From an uncultured bacterium (GTDB lineage: Bacteria > Patescibacteriota > Minisyncoccia > Phycocordibacterales > Phycocordibacteraceae), in NCBI GenBank assembly GCA_937879955.1, contig CALFMK010000001.1:91504-155503 (forward strand): 64,000 nucleotides of DNA. Reading direction: 5' to 3'. Below are positions 63,951 to 64,000 of this stretch, piece after piece. Below the pieces are notes generated by a model. It had not been told where the DNA came from, searched no databases, and saw only the letters and a list, made by a program, of their open reading frames with translations. The stretch's first letter is position 1. Each line of letters starts with the position of its first letter. The translations under genes and the position numbers were made by a program.

Positions 63951-64000
63951 ATGCCAGCGCGCATAGAAATCGTCGGTCTCGCGCTCACGGAAGAAGGAGC

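Overview
This is a gene-dense, high-GC (about 62-65%) bacterial chromosomal segment. About 80% of the genes lie on the minus strand. The content looks like a small, reduced genome, probably a Patescibacteria/CPR-like or similar ultra-small bacterium; this is an inference from gene content, not something a search confirmed.

Main content:
- Six aminoacyl-tRNA synthetases: gltX, aspS (archaeal type 2), trpS, tyrS (followed directly by tRNA-Tyr), lysS, and an alaS that lacks the C-Ala domain.
- A ribosomal/RNA polymerase block: infA, rpmJ, rpsM, rpsK, rpsD, rpoA, rplQ, rplM, rpsI.
- A grpE-dnaK-dnaJ operon that carries an extra Cys-rich secreted-protein gene between dnaK and dnaJ.
- A tightly packed cell-division/cell-wall operon of about 9 kb: scpB, a DD-carboxypeptidase, mraY, a pilin, ftsW, two pilins, murG, gltX and an M23 peptidase. 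No murD, murE or murF is present.
- Seven type IV pilin-like genes in total. Three are interleaved in the cell-division cluster and four form a tandem array at 44.1-46.2 kb.
- Several secreted proteins: a right-handed beta-helix protein with a peptidoglycan-binding domain, a Kazal-like domain plus peptidoglycan-binding protein, a subtilisin, an S9 peptidase and an M13 peptidase.
- DNA repair and housekeeping genes: msrA, trhO, an alkA-like glycosylase, ung, mnmA, uppP, scpA.

Several places stand out from the native background:
- A lower-GC island at about 28.3-31.6 kb. It holds a GNAT acetyltransferase behind a leader-peptide-plus-terminator architecture, an S9 peptidase, and a previously unannotated 32-aa Gly/Cys/Asp-rich peptide ORF. 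That ORF has a perfect Shine-Dalgarno sequence and its own terminator, and sits next to a multi-TM sensor histidine kinase that has no response regulator nearby.
- A low-GC solitary MazF/PemK-like toxin gene flanked by two near-identical GC-rich hairpins.
- A possible defense or DNA-metabolism cluster: ung, a Cas4-like PD-(D/E)XK nuclease with two CxxC pairs, a membrane protein, and an ATP-cone-plus-Mrr-like nuclease.
- A bacterial SET-domain protein paired with a multi-TM membrane protein.

I found no CRISPR array, no rRNA and no obvious transposase. Many long ORFs in the six-frame track are antisense artefacts of the GC-rich coding strand and were discarded.
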